In this document: piece after piece, positions 28,344 through 37,021 of the stretch | Layout of the letters: each line of letters starts with the position of its first letter | Numbering within the stretch: position 1 is the stretch's first letter | Assembly: GCA_934747255.1 (NCBI GenBank) | Contig: CAKVGH010000006.1 | Location: 8,414-72,413 of the forward strand | Direction: 5' to 3' | Source: an uncultured Clostridia bacterium | Lineage (GTDB): Bacteria > Bacillota > Clostridia > Christensenellales > UBA1242 | DNA length: 64,000 nt | Notes under the pieces: generated by a model | Database searches by the model: none | What the model saw: only the letters and a program-made list of their open reading frames with translations | Told to the model about the DNA's origin: nothing | Position numbers and translations under genes: made by a program

Positions 28344-29072
28344 TTACTCTTTGATTGCTCCAAAGCGTCTGTTTCTTGACGCAAAATCAATCAAAACTTT
28401 ATGTAATTCATTTTTATCAAAACTAGGCCAATATGTTTTTACAAAGCATAGTTCTGCATAAGCCATTTGATAAAGCATAAAATTGCTTATACGCTGTTCG
28501 CCACTTGTTCTAACAACCAAATCAATTTCTTTCAAATCTTTTGAATACAATTCTTGTTCAAAATCTTTGTAAGTAACTTCTGTTTTTCCTTGTTTTAACA
28601 AGTTATTTACAGCTCGCAAAATATCAAGTCTTCCGCCATAATTTATGCACATATTTACAATCATATTATTGCAAGACTGTGTTTCATTAACTGCGTTTTC
28701 TATCGCATTTTGCAGGTCTTGTGGCAATTTTGTTATATCACCACTAACTATAAATTTTATACCTTTTTGTTTGTATGGAAGCAGGTCTTCATTTATATAA
28801 TCTCGTAGTAATTGAAACAAAGTATCAATTTCGTCTTTTGGTCTATTCCAATTTTCCGTTGAAAAGCAAAAGAATGATACTTGCTTTATACCCAAATCAT
28901 AACAATTTTGAATAGTATCTTTTACCGCAACAACACCTTGCTTATGTCCCATACTTCGTGGAAGTCCACGCTGTTTTGCCCACCTGCCGTTACCATCTAT
29001 GATAAATGCAATGTGATATGGCAATTTGTTTTTATCAATTTCGTAATTCTTCTTTTTTCTAAATAAGCACAT
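28344..29072 (-). CDS. uppS: Undecaprenyl diphosphate synthase
   Basis: 242 aa. HIAFIIDGNGRWA ... RTSGEQRISNFMLYQ are the cis-prenyltransferase motifs. Confidence 0.95.
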   Translation of the reverse strand: MCLFRKKKNYEIDKNKLPYHIAFIIDGNGRWAKQRGLPRSMGHKQGVVAVKDTIQNCYDLGIKQVSFFCFSTENWNRPKDEIDTLFQLLRDYINEDLLPYKQKGIKFIVSGDITKLPQDLQNAIENAVNETQSCNNMIVNMCINYGGRLDILRAVNNLLKQGKTEVTYKDFEQELYSKDLKEIDLVVRTSGEQRISNFMLYQMAYAELCFVKTYWPSFDKNELHKVLIDFASRNRRFGAIKE

Positions 29073-29147
29073 AAAACTCCTAACAATTTTTACTTACTAA
29101 ATACTTATGTTTGTAAGGCTATCTTTTGTTATAAGTTTTAGTAAAAA

Positions 29148-29717
29148 TTAAACTTCCATTATTTCTTTTTCTTTATCAGCAAGTAATTTATCTATTTTTT
29201 CGTTGTAACTATCAAGAATTTTTTGAACTTCCTTTTCTGCACCAGCAAGTTCATCTTCTGTGATAATATTATTCTTTTTTTGGTCTTTTAATTCGTCCAT
29301 AATTTCTCTTCTTTCATTACGAAGTGAAATTCTGTTATCTTCGGCAGTCTTTTTTATACCTTTAACAAGGTCTTTTCGTCTGTCTTCGGTAAGTTGTGGA
29401 AAAGCAAGTCTTACATTTTTTCCGTCATCGCTAACATTAACACCCAAATTGGCTTCGTTTAACGACTTAATAACTTCCTTTAACATACTTTGGTCCCAAA
29501 CATTAACAAACAACATTCTTGGTTCTGGAACTGTAATATTTGCCATTTGGTTCAATGGTGTCATACTACCATAGTAATCTACCATAACTCTGTCTAATAT
29601 TTTTGGATTTGCTCTGCCTGCTCTAACTACTGATAATTCGCCAGCAAAGTGGTCTATAACCTTTTCAAGTCCAATTTTGAAAGCATCAAATGCTTCTTGT
29701 TTTGATTGATATTTCAT
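29148..29717 (-). CDS. frr: Ribosome recycling factor
   Basis: 189 aa. ...ELSVVRAGRANPKILDRVMVDYYGS... is typical of RRF. Confidence 0.95.
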   Translation of the reverse strand: MKYQSKQEAFDAFKIGLEKVIDHFAGELSVVRAGRANPKILDRVMVDYYGSMTPLNQMANITVPEPRMLFVNVWDQSMLKEVIKSLNEANLGVNVSDDGKNVRLAFPQLTEDRRKDLVKGIKKTAEDNRISLRNERREIMDELKDQKKNNIITEDELAGAEKEVQKILDSYNEKIDKLLADKEKEIMEV

Positions 29718-29966
29718 AAAATTTCTCCCTTTTAATATAAGTAATTATATTTTATAAAAATTTGCAAAAAAAAGCAAACAAATAATATACTATTGCCTTC
29801 TAAAAATGTAGAAAAGCATAAGATTTTATGATACTAAATATTAAAAATATTTGTTAATGATTTGTTGTCTGCAAATTTAAGTGCTTGTTAAATGAAATTT
29901 TTTTATTTATCATTTATATAAAATACTGTTGTAACTTATCTTACAGAAAAATAAATATAAAAACAC

Positions 29967-29994
29967 AAAAAACTCACTAAAATTAGTGAGTTTT
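29967..29994 (-). terminator. Intrinsic terminator after tsf
   Basis: Long hairpin aaaactcacta/tagtgagtttt, followed by a minus-strand T-run. Confidence 0.7.
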
Positions 29995-30010
29995 AATAAA
30001 GTTAAATCAA

Positions 30011-30658
30011 TTATTTTTTCATTTGGCTCATAACTTCTTCTGCAAAGTTATCGTGTCTTTTTTCAAGACCTTCGCCCATTTCGTAACGAACAAATCTTCT
30101 AACAGTGATTTTTTCGCCGATTGACAAAACTGCTTCGTTAATAATTTCTGTAATTGTCTTTGATGGGTCTTTAACAAATGGTTGTTCCATCAAGCAAATT
30201 TCGCTGTAATACTTGTTGATTTTGCCTTCAACAATTCTATCAACAACTGCTGCTGGTTTGCCTTCGTTAAGAACTTCTGCACGCATAATTTCTCTTTCTT
30301 TTTCAACATCGCGCATATCTGCTTCTTCTCTTCTAACACACTTTGGATTTTGTGCTGCGATTTGCATAGCAATGTCTTTTACAAGTGCTTTGAAAGCGTC
30401 AGAACGAGCAACAAAGTCTGTTTCACAGTTAACTTCAACTAGAACGCCGATTTTTCCGCCCATATGAATGTAACTATCAACTACGCCTTCTGCTGCAATT
30501 CTATCTGCTTTTTTAGCTGCTTTTGCAATACCTTTTTCTCTTAAATAATCAATGGCTTTATCCATATTGCCATCGCATTCTTTAAGTGCGTTTTTGCAGT
30601 CCATCATTCCTGCACCTGTTTTTTCTCTTAATTTAACAATATCTTGTGCTGTAAACAT
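30011..30658 (-). CDS. tsf: Translation elongation factor Ts (short form)
   Basis: 215 aa. ...VKLREKTGAGMMDCKNALKECDGNMDKAIDYLREKG is the UBA-like N-terminal domain. Confidence 0.95.
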   Translation of the reverse strand: MFTAQDIVKLREKTGAGMMDCKNALKECDGNMDKAIDYLREKGIAKAAKKADRIAAEGVVDSYIHMGGKIGVLVEVNCETDFVARSDAFKALVKDIAMQIAAQNPKCVRREEADMRDVEKEREIMRAEVLNEGKPAAVVDRIVEGKINKYYSEICLMEQPFVKDPSKTITEIINEAVLSIGEKITVRRFVRYEMGEGLEKRHDNFAEEVMSQMKK

Positions 30659-30678
30659 AAGTTATTCTCCTTTAATAA

Positions 30679-31599
30679 TTATTCAGCTTTTTTTGTCTTT
30701 CTTGTAACTTTTTTTGCAGGTTTTTCTTCTGCTACTTCTTCTGTTTTAACAACCTTTTTAGTAGCTTTTTTTGCTGGTTTTTCAGCAACTTCTGTTTTAA
30801 CTTCTGCAACTGGTTCTGCCTTAACTTCTACTGCTTCTTCTGCTTTGATTCCTTCCATAACAGTGTTCATATCAACATTTTCTTCGTCTTCTGGTTTTGA
30901 AGCCTTAACTGCTTCTTCGCCTTCTCTTGCTTCGATAATAGCATCTGCAAGAGCACCGATGATAAGTTTTACTGAACGAATAGCATCGTCATTACCTGGA
31001 ATAACAACATTTACATCGTCTGGGTCACAGTTTGTATCAATAAGACCAACAACTGGAATACCAAGAGCCTTTGCTTCCTTAACACAGATATGTTCCTTTT
31101 TAGAGTCAACAACAACGATAACTCCTGGAAGTTTTGTCATATCCTTGATTCCGCCCAAGAACTTTTCAAGTTTTTCTTTTTCCTTTTTAAGTTCTGCAAC
31201 TTCTTTCTTTGGAAGAAGGTCGAATTCGCCTGTCTTTTCCATTTGACCAAGTTTGTTAAGTCTTTCTATTCTAGAACGAATAGTTTTGAAGTTTGTCAAT
31301 GTACCGCCAAGCCAACGAGAGTTGATGTAGTACATTCCGCATCTTTCTGCTTCTTCCTTAACTGCGTCTTGTGCTTGTTTTTTTGTTCCTACGAACAAAA
31401 ATGTTTTGCCTTGTAATGCTTGTTCCTTAACATAAGCATAGGCACTGTCGATAAGTTCAACAGTTTGTTCAAGATTGATAACATGAATATCATTTCTTGC
31501 TGTGAAAATGTATTTTCCCATTTTAGGATTCCATTTTCTTGTTTGGTGTCCAAAATGAACACCTGCTTCTAATAATTGTTTCATCGAAATAACTGACAT
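30679..31599 (-). CDS. rpsB: 30S ribosomal protein S2 with a charged C-terminal extension
   Basis: I prefer the start [27 protein letters not shown], which has an AAGGAGG RBS. The last ~80 aa are an E/A/K/V-rich low-complexity tail. Confidence 0.95.
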   Translation of the reverse strand: MSVISMKQLLEAGVHFGHQTRKWNPKMGKYIFTARNDIHVINLEQTVELIDSAYAYVKEQALQGKTFLFVGTKKQAQDAVKEEAERCGMYYINSRWLGGTLTNFKTIRSRIERLNKLGQMEKTGEFDLLPKKEVAELKKEKEKLEKFLGGIKDMTKLPGVIVVVDSKKEHICVKEAKALGIPVVGLIDTNCDPDDVNVVIPGNDDAIRSVKLIIGALADAIIEAREGEEAVKASKPEDEENVDMNTVMEGIKAEEAVEVKAEPVAEVKTEVAEKPAKKATKKVVKTEEVAEEKPAKKVTRKTKKAE

Positions 31600-31719
31600 A
31601 AAAAATTTTATCCTCCTTGTTTTTAAGCCTCCCAAGTGTTTTACAACTCTGATGCAACGACCATTAAAAAATGGCAACCGCCACCAAATCTACACAAGGT
31701 GTGTATTTTGAAACAATTC

Positions 31720-31748
31720 ATTTTAACATATACAAAAAAAAATTGCAA
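31720..31748 (-). promoter_or_regulatory. rpsB promoter
   Basis: Minus strand: TTGCAA (31748-31743), a 17-nt spacer ending in TGt, then TAAAAT (31725-31720). A leader of about 115 nt follows, with a hairpin that includes a G-U pair only when read on the minus strand. Confidence 0.5.
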
Positions 31749-31806
31749 TAATTTTTTTACAATTATTGCACTAAATATTAAATAATATTTCTATATTTAT
31801 TGACAA

Positions 31807-32124
31807 TTACTTATCTTTGCCTTCATTGTCTGCTTCAATCATTTTTTTGTATTCATCAAAAACTTGATTTACAACTTCTTCTTCCATAACGATATTTAAT
31901 GTATCGCCGTTTTCTTCGTCATCAACAAGTTCAAAAACAACTGCTTCGTCATCTTCTACACCTTCCATTTTTGTGGCTGGTTTTAAGATTGTGTAAACAG
32001 AATTGTTTAGTGGAATAAGGGCAATTTGTTCAAATTCGATTTCCTTATCATTTTCATCGTACAACTTAATGTTTTCTGCATTTTGAGGGTCAAGCAATGC
32101 CTCGATTGGATTTTTTTCTTCCAT
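31807..32124 (-). CDS. DUF1292-family acidic protein (YrzB-like)
   Basis: 105 aa. ...DENDKEIEFEQIALIPLNNSVYTILKP...DEAVVFELV is the DUF1292 pattern. It follows ruvX, as in Bacillus. Confidence 0.75.
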   Translation of the reverse strand: MEEKNPIEALLDPQNAENIKLYDENDKEIEFEQIALIPLNNSVYTILKPATKMEGVEDDEAVVFELVDDEENGDTLNIVMEEEVVNQVFDEYKKMIEADNEGKDK

Positions 32125-32133
32125 AAATACCTC

Positions 32134-32541
32134 CTATTTTGTATCAAGAAAAGTTTGTAATATTATACACGCTGCCACTTGGTCCAAAACCGCTTTGCGT
32201 TTTTTTCCACGAGTGTTTGTTTGGTTTAGATATTCTTCCGCTTCAACAGAAGTCAATCTTTCGTCCTGCAATATGATATTTGCCTGTACTTTTGGCTTTA
32301 AGTTGTCAGCAAAAGTTCTAGCGTAAGTACTCATATCGCTATCAGTCCCGTCCATATTTAGCGGTAACCCTATTACAACCGTGTCCACTTGATAGTCTTT
32401 GCAAAGTTTAGCAACATATTCGACATCTCGGTCCAATCCTTTTGACTGCAAAGTTTCATAAGGACTTGCGAGTATGCCCAAAATATCGCTCATTGCAATT
32501 CCTACTCTTGCTCTGCCAAGGTCAAGACCCATTTTCTTCAT
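32134..32541 (-). CDS. ruvX: YqgF/RuvX putative pre-16S rRNA nuclease
   Basis: I prefer the start MKKMGLDLGRARVGIAMSD, which has a GGAG RBS. It shows the typical YqgF N-terminus and the DERLTS motif. Confidence 0.85.
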   Translation of the reverse strand: MKKMGLDLGRARVGIAMSDILGILASPYETLQSKGLDRDVEYVAKLCKDYQVDTVVIGLPLNMDGTDSDMSTYARTFADNLKPKVQANIILQDERLTSVEAEEYLNQTNTRGKKRKAVLDQVAACIILQTFLDTK

Positions 32542-32648
32542 ACATTTGCTCCACTTTGATTTTAGCATAATTTACCATTTTTACAAACGATTTTGGGGTT
32601 AGATTTTGCAATAAAAGAAAAAAAGCAAGAATTAAAACTTGCTTTTTT

Positions 32649-32786
32649 CTAAATATTTTCTATTTTTTCCTTAATAACTTCTTTGCCTTGTTCTATTGCT
32701 TGTTGCATTTTTTTGCTACTATGAACAGTAATTGCACCAACAATAAAGCCAAGAGCCATACCTATAAGCAATTTATCGTCTAACAT
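32649..32786 (-). CDS. Small membrane-anchored protein (45 aa, YtxH-like)
   Basis: It is not in the ORF track because it is shorter than 60 aa. Sequence: MLDDKLLIGMALGFIVGAITVHSSKKMQQAIEQGKEVIKEKIENI. A strong GGGAGGG RBS lies 5 nt upstream, and a terminator hairpin follows immediately (aaagcaag...cttgcttt, about 32622-32646). Confidence 0.55.
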   Translation of the reverse strand: MLDDKLLIGMALGFIVGAITVHSSKKMQQAIEQGKEVIKEKIENI

Positions 32787-32867
32787 AATTCCCTCCCTAC
32801 TAATAATAGTTTGTACGAGATTTGATTGAATATTATCAAAAAAATTGGCATTATTTGGAAGTTAAAT

Positions 32868-33302
32868 TTAATCTTTCTTTTTTAACTCATCAGGAATTGG
32901 AAACCCAGCAAGTTTTAATTCTTTAATTTTTGCCTTACGCTCTTTTTCTTCGTAATCTTCAACGGCAGCAATAATAGCCTTTACAACCACTTCTGCACCA
33001 AAAGTCTTAATATCTGGGTATTCGGTAACCTTTTCTAAAATTTGAGATGGAGTGATAGTTTTTGCCATTGCAAGTGTTTTGTTATTACATAGTTTTGCAC
33101 CAAAACTAGAAAGTATGATTGTTGAAATTGAGCCAAATGCCTTAAATTTTGCTTCCAAAATAGTGTCATCTTCCACTTTTAAGTAGATTTTAACAACATC
33201 GCCTGTTTTTTCATCTTCTACTGTACCGCTTGCATTAGAAGCACGAAGTAAACCATAGTTATCAATACTATTGAACAAATACATTGTTTTATAAGAATAC
33301 AT
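32868..33302 (-). CDS. IscU/NifU-like scaffold homolog lacking all three cluster-ligand cysteines
   Basis: 144 aa. It is collinear with clostridial NifU/IscU (MYS.K.M..F....N.G......G.V......GD..KIY.KVE...I..AKFK.FG). However, NPxCGD is DEKTGD, FGCGxAIA is FGSISTII, and HCS is TFG. The only Cys sits in an unrelated position (AKLCNNK). Confidence 0.7.
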   Translation of the reverse strand: MYSYKTMYLFNSIDNYGLLRASNASGTVEDEKTGDVVKIYLKVEDDTILEAKFKAFGSISTIILSSFGAKLCNNKTLAMAKTITPSQILEKVTEYPDIKTFGAEVVVKAIIAAVEDYEEKERKAKIKELKLAGFPIPDELKKKD

Positions 33303-34486
33303 TACTTATCCTCCTTTGCAACAACACTAATATGTAGTGGCGAAATTTCTCTCATTTTTTTTACAGCAACTACTAATTTTTCAACAACATAATCAAGGTC
33401 GTCTTTTGTTAAATTTTTCAAGATAGAAAAGTTTACCACTGTTTTAAGAAGTTCCTTTTGAAGTCCCATTGCGGTTAAGATATGAGAATGTTCTAGTTCT
33501 TCACTTAAAGCAATGTTTAGTGGGTGAACAGCAATTCCTTCCATATCAAGTAGTGATGCAAGTGCTTCACTATCGACAAATTCAAAACTCAATGCAACAA
33601 CATTTGAAAGTCTTTGAAAAGAATGTCCTACAAGATGAACATCTTCTATGTTTTCCATAACCTTTTTAGTAAAATATTCTCTTAAATGACGAAGTTTTTG
33701 TGCATTTAATGTAACATCGTGGCAAGCCATATCAACTGCTTTTCCAAATCCTACAATATCAGCAACACTTTGACTACCGCCACGCTTTGAATAATCCTGA
33801 TTTGATGGGTAAATCAAACTATCAATGTTGATACCATTTTTTAGGTATAACGCACCTACGCCACTTGGACCATAAATTTTGTTTGAAGACATACTCATGG
33901 CATCAATGTTTAGGTCTTTAACATTTATGTTAATGTTACCAATAGCGTGACAAGCATCACAGTGGAAAATTATATCTCTTTCCTTAACTGTTCTTGCAAT
34001 AGCATTTAAGTTTTGAATAGTTCCAACTTCCTTGTTAGCAACAGAAATACTAACCAAGATTGTATCTTTTTTGATTTCGTGCATAAGGTGGCTTAACTTA
34101 ATAAAACCAAAACTATCAACTGGAATATAAGAAACTCTAAAACCTTCTTTTTCAAGTTGTGCACAAGCACGAAGCAATGACTCACTTTCAATCTTTGATA
34201 CAATGATATGATTACCTTTTTCCTTGTTGGCCCTAGCAAGTCCTAGTATTGCCCAACAATTTGCTTCTGTACCACTTGATGTAAAATATATTTCACTTGA
34301 TTTTGAACCTATACCCTTTGCAACTTGTCTTTTTGCTCTATCAATTAAATCTTTTGACTGTTTAGCGAATGAATGAAAACCAGTACTATTTGCATAAGTT
34401 TCTGCTAAAACAGGTGTCATTTCTTGCAAAACTTCGTTATTTATATATGTGGAAGATATTGCATCCATATAAATTTTTCTTTCCAT
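33302..34486 (-). CDS. Class V aminotransferase / cysteine desulfurase (NifS/IscS) homolog lacking the catalytic cysteine
   Basis: 394 aa. It shows the NifS-like blocks SSGTEAN, HCDACHAIG, SSNKIYGPSGVGALYL (PLP lysine kept, His to Asn), and SHILTAMG. The active-site loop SSGSAC is replaced by HPLNIA. There is no Cys anywhere in the last ~130 residues. Confidence 0.75.
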   Translation of the reverse strand: MERKIYMDAISSTYINNEVLQEMTPVLAETYANSTGFHSFAKQSKDLIDRAKRQVAKGIGSKSSEIYFTSSGTEANCWAILGLARANKEKGNHIIVSKIESESLLRACAQLEKEGFRVSYIPVDSFGFIKLSHLMHEIKKDTILVSISVANKEVGTIQNLNAIARTVKERDIIFHCDACHAIGNININVKDLNIDAMSMSSNKIYGPSGVGALYLKNGINIDSLIYPSNQDYSKRGGSQSVADIVGFGKAVDMACHDVTLNAQKLRHLREYFTKKVMENIEDVHLVGHSFQRLSNVVALSFEFVDSEALASLLDMEGIAVHPLNIALSEELEHSHILTAMGLQKELLKTVVNFSILKNLTKDDLDYVVEKLVVAVKKMREISPLHISVVAKEDK

Positions 34487-34517
34487 TAAAAAACTCCTTG
34501 TTTTTTTACTTGTCTAA

Positions 34518-34546
34518 ATAATAACACTTTGGCAAATGATTGTCAA
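34518..34546 (-). promoter_or_regulatory. Promoter of the nifS-like/nifU-like operon
   Basis: Minus strand: TTGACA (34546-34541), a 17-nt spacer, then TATTAT (34523-34518). Confidence 0.55.
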
Positions 34547-34589
34547 TATTAAACTAAAAAAAGAGTGTGCTTTTGCTCGTATTTTTTAT

Positions 34590-34622
34590 TAAAAAAAGGG
34601 AGAAGGACAATTTCCTTCTCCA
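34590..34622 (-). terminator. Intrinsic terminator after trxA
   Basis: A 9-bp stem ggagaagga/tccttctcc (34599-34621), followed by a minus-strand T7 run. Confidence 0.75.
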
Positions 34623-34738
34623 AAATTTGTATTTGAATGACAAATTCACGACAATATTAAAACTTTTTCGTATTGTAAACATTTCCATTTGTAAAGCAAC
34701 AAAAAGTTAAATGTAAGCAATCACTTTGCTCATTCAAT

Positions 34739-35047
34739 CTACTTTATCATATTCAAAATATCTTGTTTTGATTTTAAGCCAATAATTCTTTTTGACTCTT
34801 CGCCATCTACAAAAAGTAGCAAAGTTGGCACGCTCATAATACCATAACTTCTTGCCAAATCAAAGTTTTCATCAACATCGACTTTGCCAATTATAATATC
34901 ATCGCCAATTTCGTTTCTAATTTCTTCAAGAATTGGCGAAAGCATTTTGCAAGGGCCACACCAAGTAGCAAAAAAGTCAACCAAAACTTTCTTTTTTGAC
35001 TGCAAACTCTCTTTTAGAGAATCTTCATTAAAATGTAAAATTTCCAT
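34739..35047 (-). CDS. trxA: Thioredoxin
   Basis: 102 aa with the WCGPC active site. Confidence 0.9.
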   Translation of the reverse strand: MEILHFNEDSLKESLQSKKKVLVDFFATWCGPCKMLSPILEEIRNEIGDDIIIGKVDVDENFDLARSYGIMSVPTLLLFVDGEESKRIIGLKSKQDILNMIK

Positions 35048-35744
35048 AACTATAACTCCTTTTTTTTATCAAATTATTGACAACATACGCCGATATTACA
35101 CACGCACTTGACGCAGGATAATAAACCACACTGCCAATAGTCGTAGTATCTTTATTTGCCTTTGCGGGCTGTTCATCTGTGCATACAACCATAGTTTTTG
35201 TGACGCCTAATTTTTTAAGGTCGTGTCTTAAAACTCTTGCAAGCCTATCATATTTTGTATCAAACAAATCACAAACCTTAAACGAAGGAATACCACATTT
35301 ATTGCCCGTTCCCATACTAGAAATAATATTTATATTATTTTTATTGCAATAAGCGATAAGTGAAACTTTGCTTTTAACCATATCAATACAATCAACAACA
35401 AAGTCATAACTATCAAGTTCAAAATCTTCCAAATTTTCAGGCAAAAGTTTTTGATTAAATGCTTTAACTACGCAATGCGGGTTAATGTTTTTTATTCTTT
35501 CCTGCATCACTTGAACCTTTTGTTTTCCAATGGTATCAACTGTGGCGATAATCTGCCTATTAAGATTACTTTCGCTAACAGTGTCAAAATCAACTATTGT
35601 TACACTTCCAACGCCTGTTCTAACAAGCATTTCACAAACATAGCCACCGACACCACCAATACCAAAGATAATAACTTTTGAGTTTTTTAATGATTGAATA
35701 GCACTTGACCCTAAAACAATTTCTGTTCGTTCAGTCATTCCCAT
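35028..35744 (-). CDS. tcdA: tRNA threonylcarbamoyladenosine dehydratase (ThiF/E1-like, TcdA)
   Basis: 238 aa. KVIIFGIGGVGGYVCEMLVRTGVGSVTIVDFDTVSESNLNRQ is the E1-like Rossmann motif. The size is typical of TcdA/YrvM. Confidence 0.8.
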   Translation of the reverse strand: MGMTERTEIVLGSSAIQSLKNSKVIIFGIGGVGGYVCEMLVRTGVGSVTIVDFDTVSESNLNRQIIATVDTIGKQKVQVMQERIKNINPHCVVKAFNQKLLPENLEDFELDSYDFVVDCIDMVKSKVSLIAYCNKNNINIISSMGTGNKCGIPSFKVCDLFDTKYDRLARVLRHDLKKLGVTKTMVVCTDEQPAKANKDTTTIGSVVYYPASSACVISAYVVNNLIKKRSYSYGNFTF

Positions 35745-35747
35745 AAC

Positions 35748-37007
35748 TTAGCCCTTTATCTCACAAACCAAGTCGTCAAGTTTTACAAGTTTTTGTTCGC
35801 CTGTAAGCATATTTTTGAGATTAACCGAATTTTTTTTCAATTCTTCTTCGCCTACAACACAGACAAACTTGGCTTGAATTTTATTTGCATACTTAAAGTT
35901 TGCTCTAAAACTTCTGTCCATATAATCAACATCAGCACTTATTCCGTTATTTCTCAAAATTGACAACACTTTTTGTTCAAAATTGGAGTACTCTTTGTCA
36001 TTATTCATTGTAATAATTAGTGCTTCCAATGGCTTATCAAAAACTTTGCCCGCCATTTGTGCTTCCAAAAGCATAAGCAATCTTTCAATACCAAAAGCAA
36101 AACCAACTGCTGGTACGCTAGGACCACCAAGTTCTTCCACCAAGTTGTTATATTGTCCGCCTCCGCCTACAACAGCACTAGAACCCTGTATGTCAGTAGT
36201 TTCAAATTCAAAAACAACACCTGTGTAGTAATCAAGCCCACGAATAATACTTTCGTCAACTTCATAGTCAATATTTTTACATTTCAAAACTTCTTGCAAA
36301 GAAGCAAAATATTGTTTGCAATCATCACACAAAACTTCACTAACTTTTGGTGCATTTTTTGCAATTTCTTTGCAAATATCAACCTTACAGTCTAGTATTC
36401 TTAATGGGTTTTGATTTAATCTTCTGTGACAATCTTCGCACATAGAGTCTATATTATTTTCAAAGTATTTTTTTAGTGCTAAAGTGTATTTTTCTCTACA
36501 TTCTTTGCAACCCAAAGTATTGATTTTTGCTTTGACATTTTTAATGCCAATGCTGTTCAAATAATCTTTACCTACTTCGAGTGCTTCGGCAACCATTTTT
36601 ACCGAATTAGAGCCAAATAATTCTACGCCAAATTGTCTAAATTCTCTTAATCTTCCAGCCTGTGGTTTTTCGTATCTATAAGCCGAAATCAAATAGAATA
36701 GTTTTAATGGCAAACTTTCATTAAAAAGCCCGTGTTCTACACACGCTCTAACAATGCCGGCTGTTCCTTCTGGACGCAAAGTAATACTTCTACCGCCTTT
36801 ATCGTCAAAAGTATACATTTCCTTATTTACTACATCGCTACTTTCTCCACTAGAACGAACAAAAAGTTCTGTTCCTTCAAAAACAGGAGTTCTAATCTCT
36901 TTAATGTTGTGCAAGGAACAAATTTTTCTTGCGTTTTCTTCCAAAAATTGCCACTTTGCTGATTCTGTTGGCAAAACATCTATTGTTCCCCTTTGTGCTT
37001 TTACCAT
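35748..37007 (-). CDS. hisS: Histidyl-tRNA synthetase
   Basis: 419 aa with the class II motifs (...RYEKPQAGRLREFRQFGVELFG..., GGGGQYNNLV, GFAFGIERL). Confidence 0.95.
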   Translation of the reverse strand: MVKAQRGTIDVLPTESAKWQFLEENARKICSLHNIKEIRTPVFEGTELFVRSSGESSDVVNKEMYTFDDKGGRSITLRPEGTAGIVRACVEHGLFNESLPLKLFYLISAYRYEKPQAGRLREFRQFGVELFGSNSVKMVAEALEVGKDYLNSIGIKNVKAKINTLGCKECREKYTLALKKYFENNIDSMCEDCHRRLNQNPLRILDCKVDICKEIAKNAPKVSEVLCDDCKQYFASLQEVLKCKNIDYEVDESIIRGLDYYTGVVFEFETTDIQGSSAVVGGGGQYNNLVEELGGPSVPAVGFAFGIERLLMLLEAQMAGKVFDKPLEALIITMNNDKEYSNFEQKVLSILRNNGISADVDYMDRSFRANFKYANKIQAKFVCVVGEEELKKNSVNLKNMLTGEQKLVKLDDLVCEIKG

Positions 37008-37021
37008 AATTATTCTTTCCT

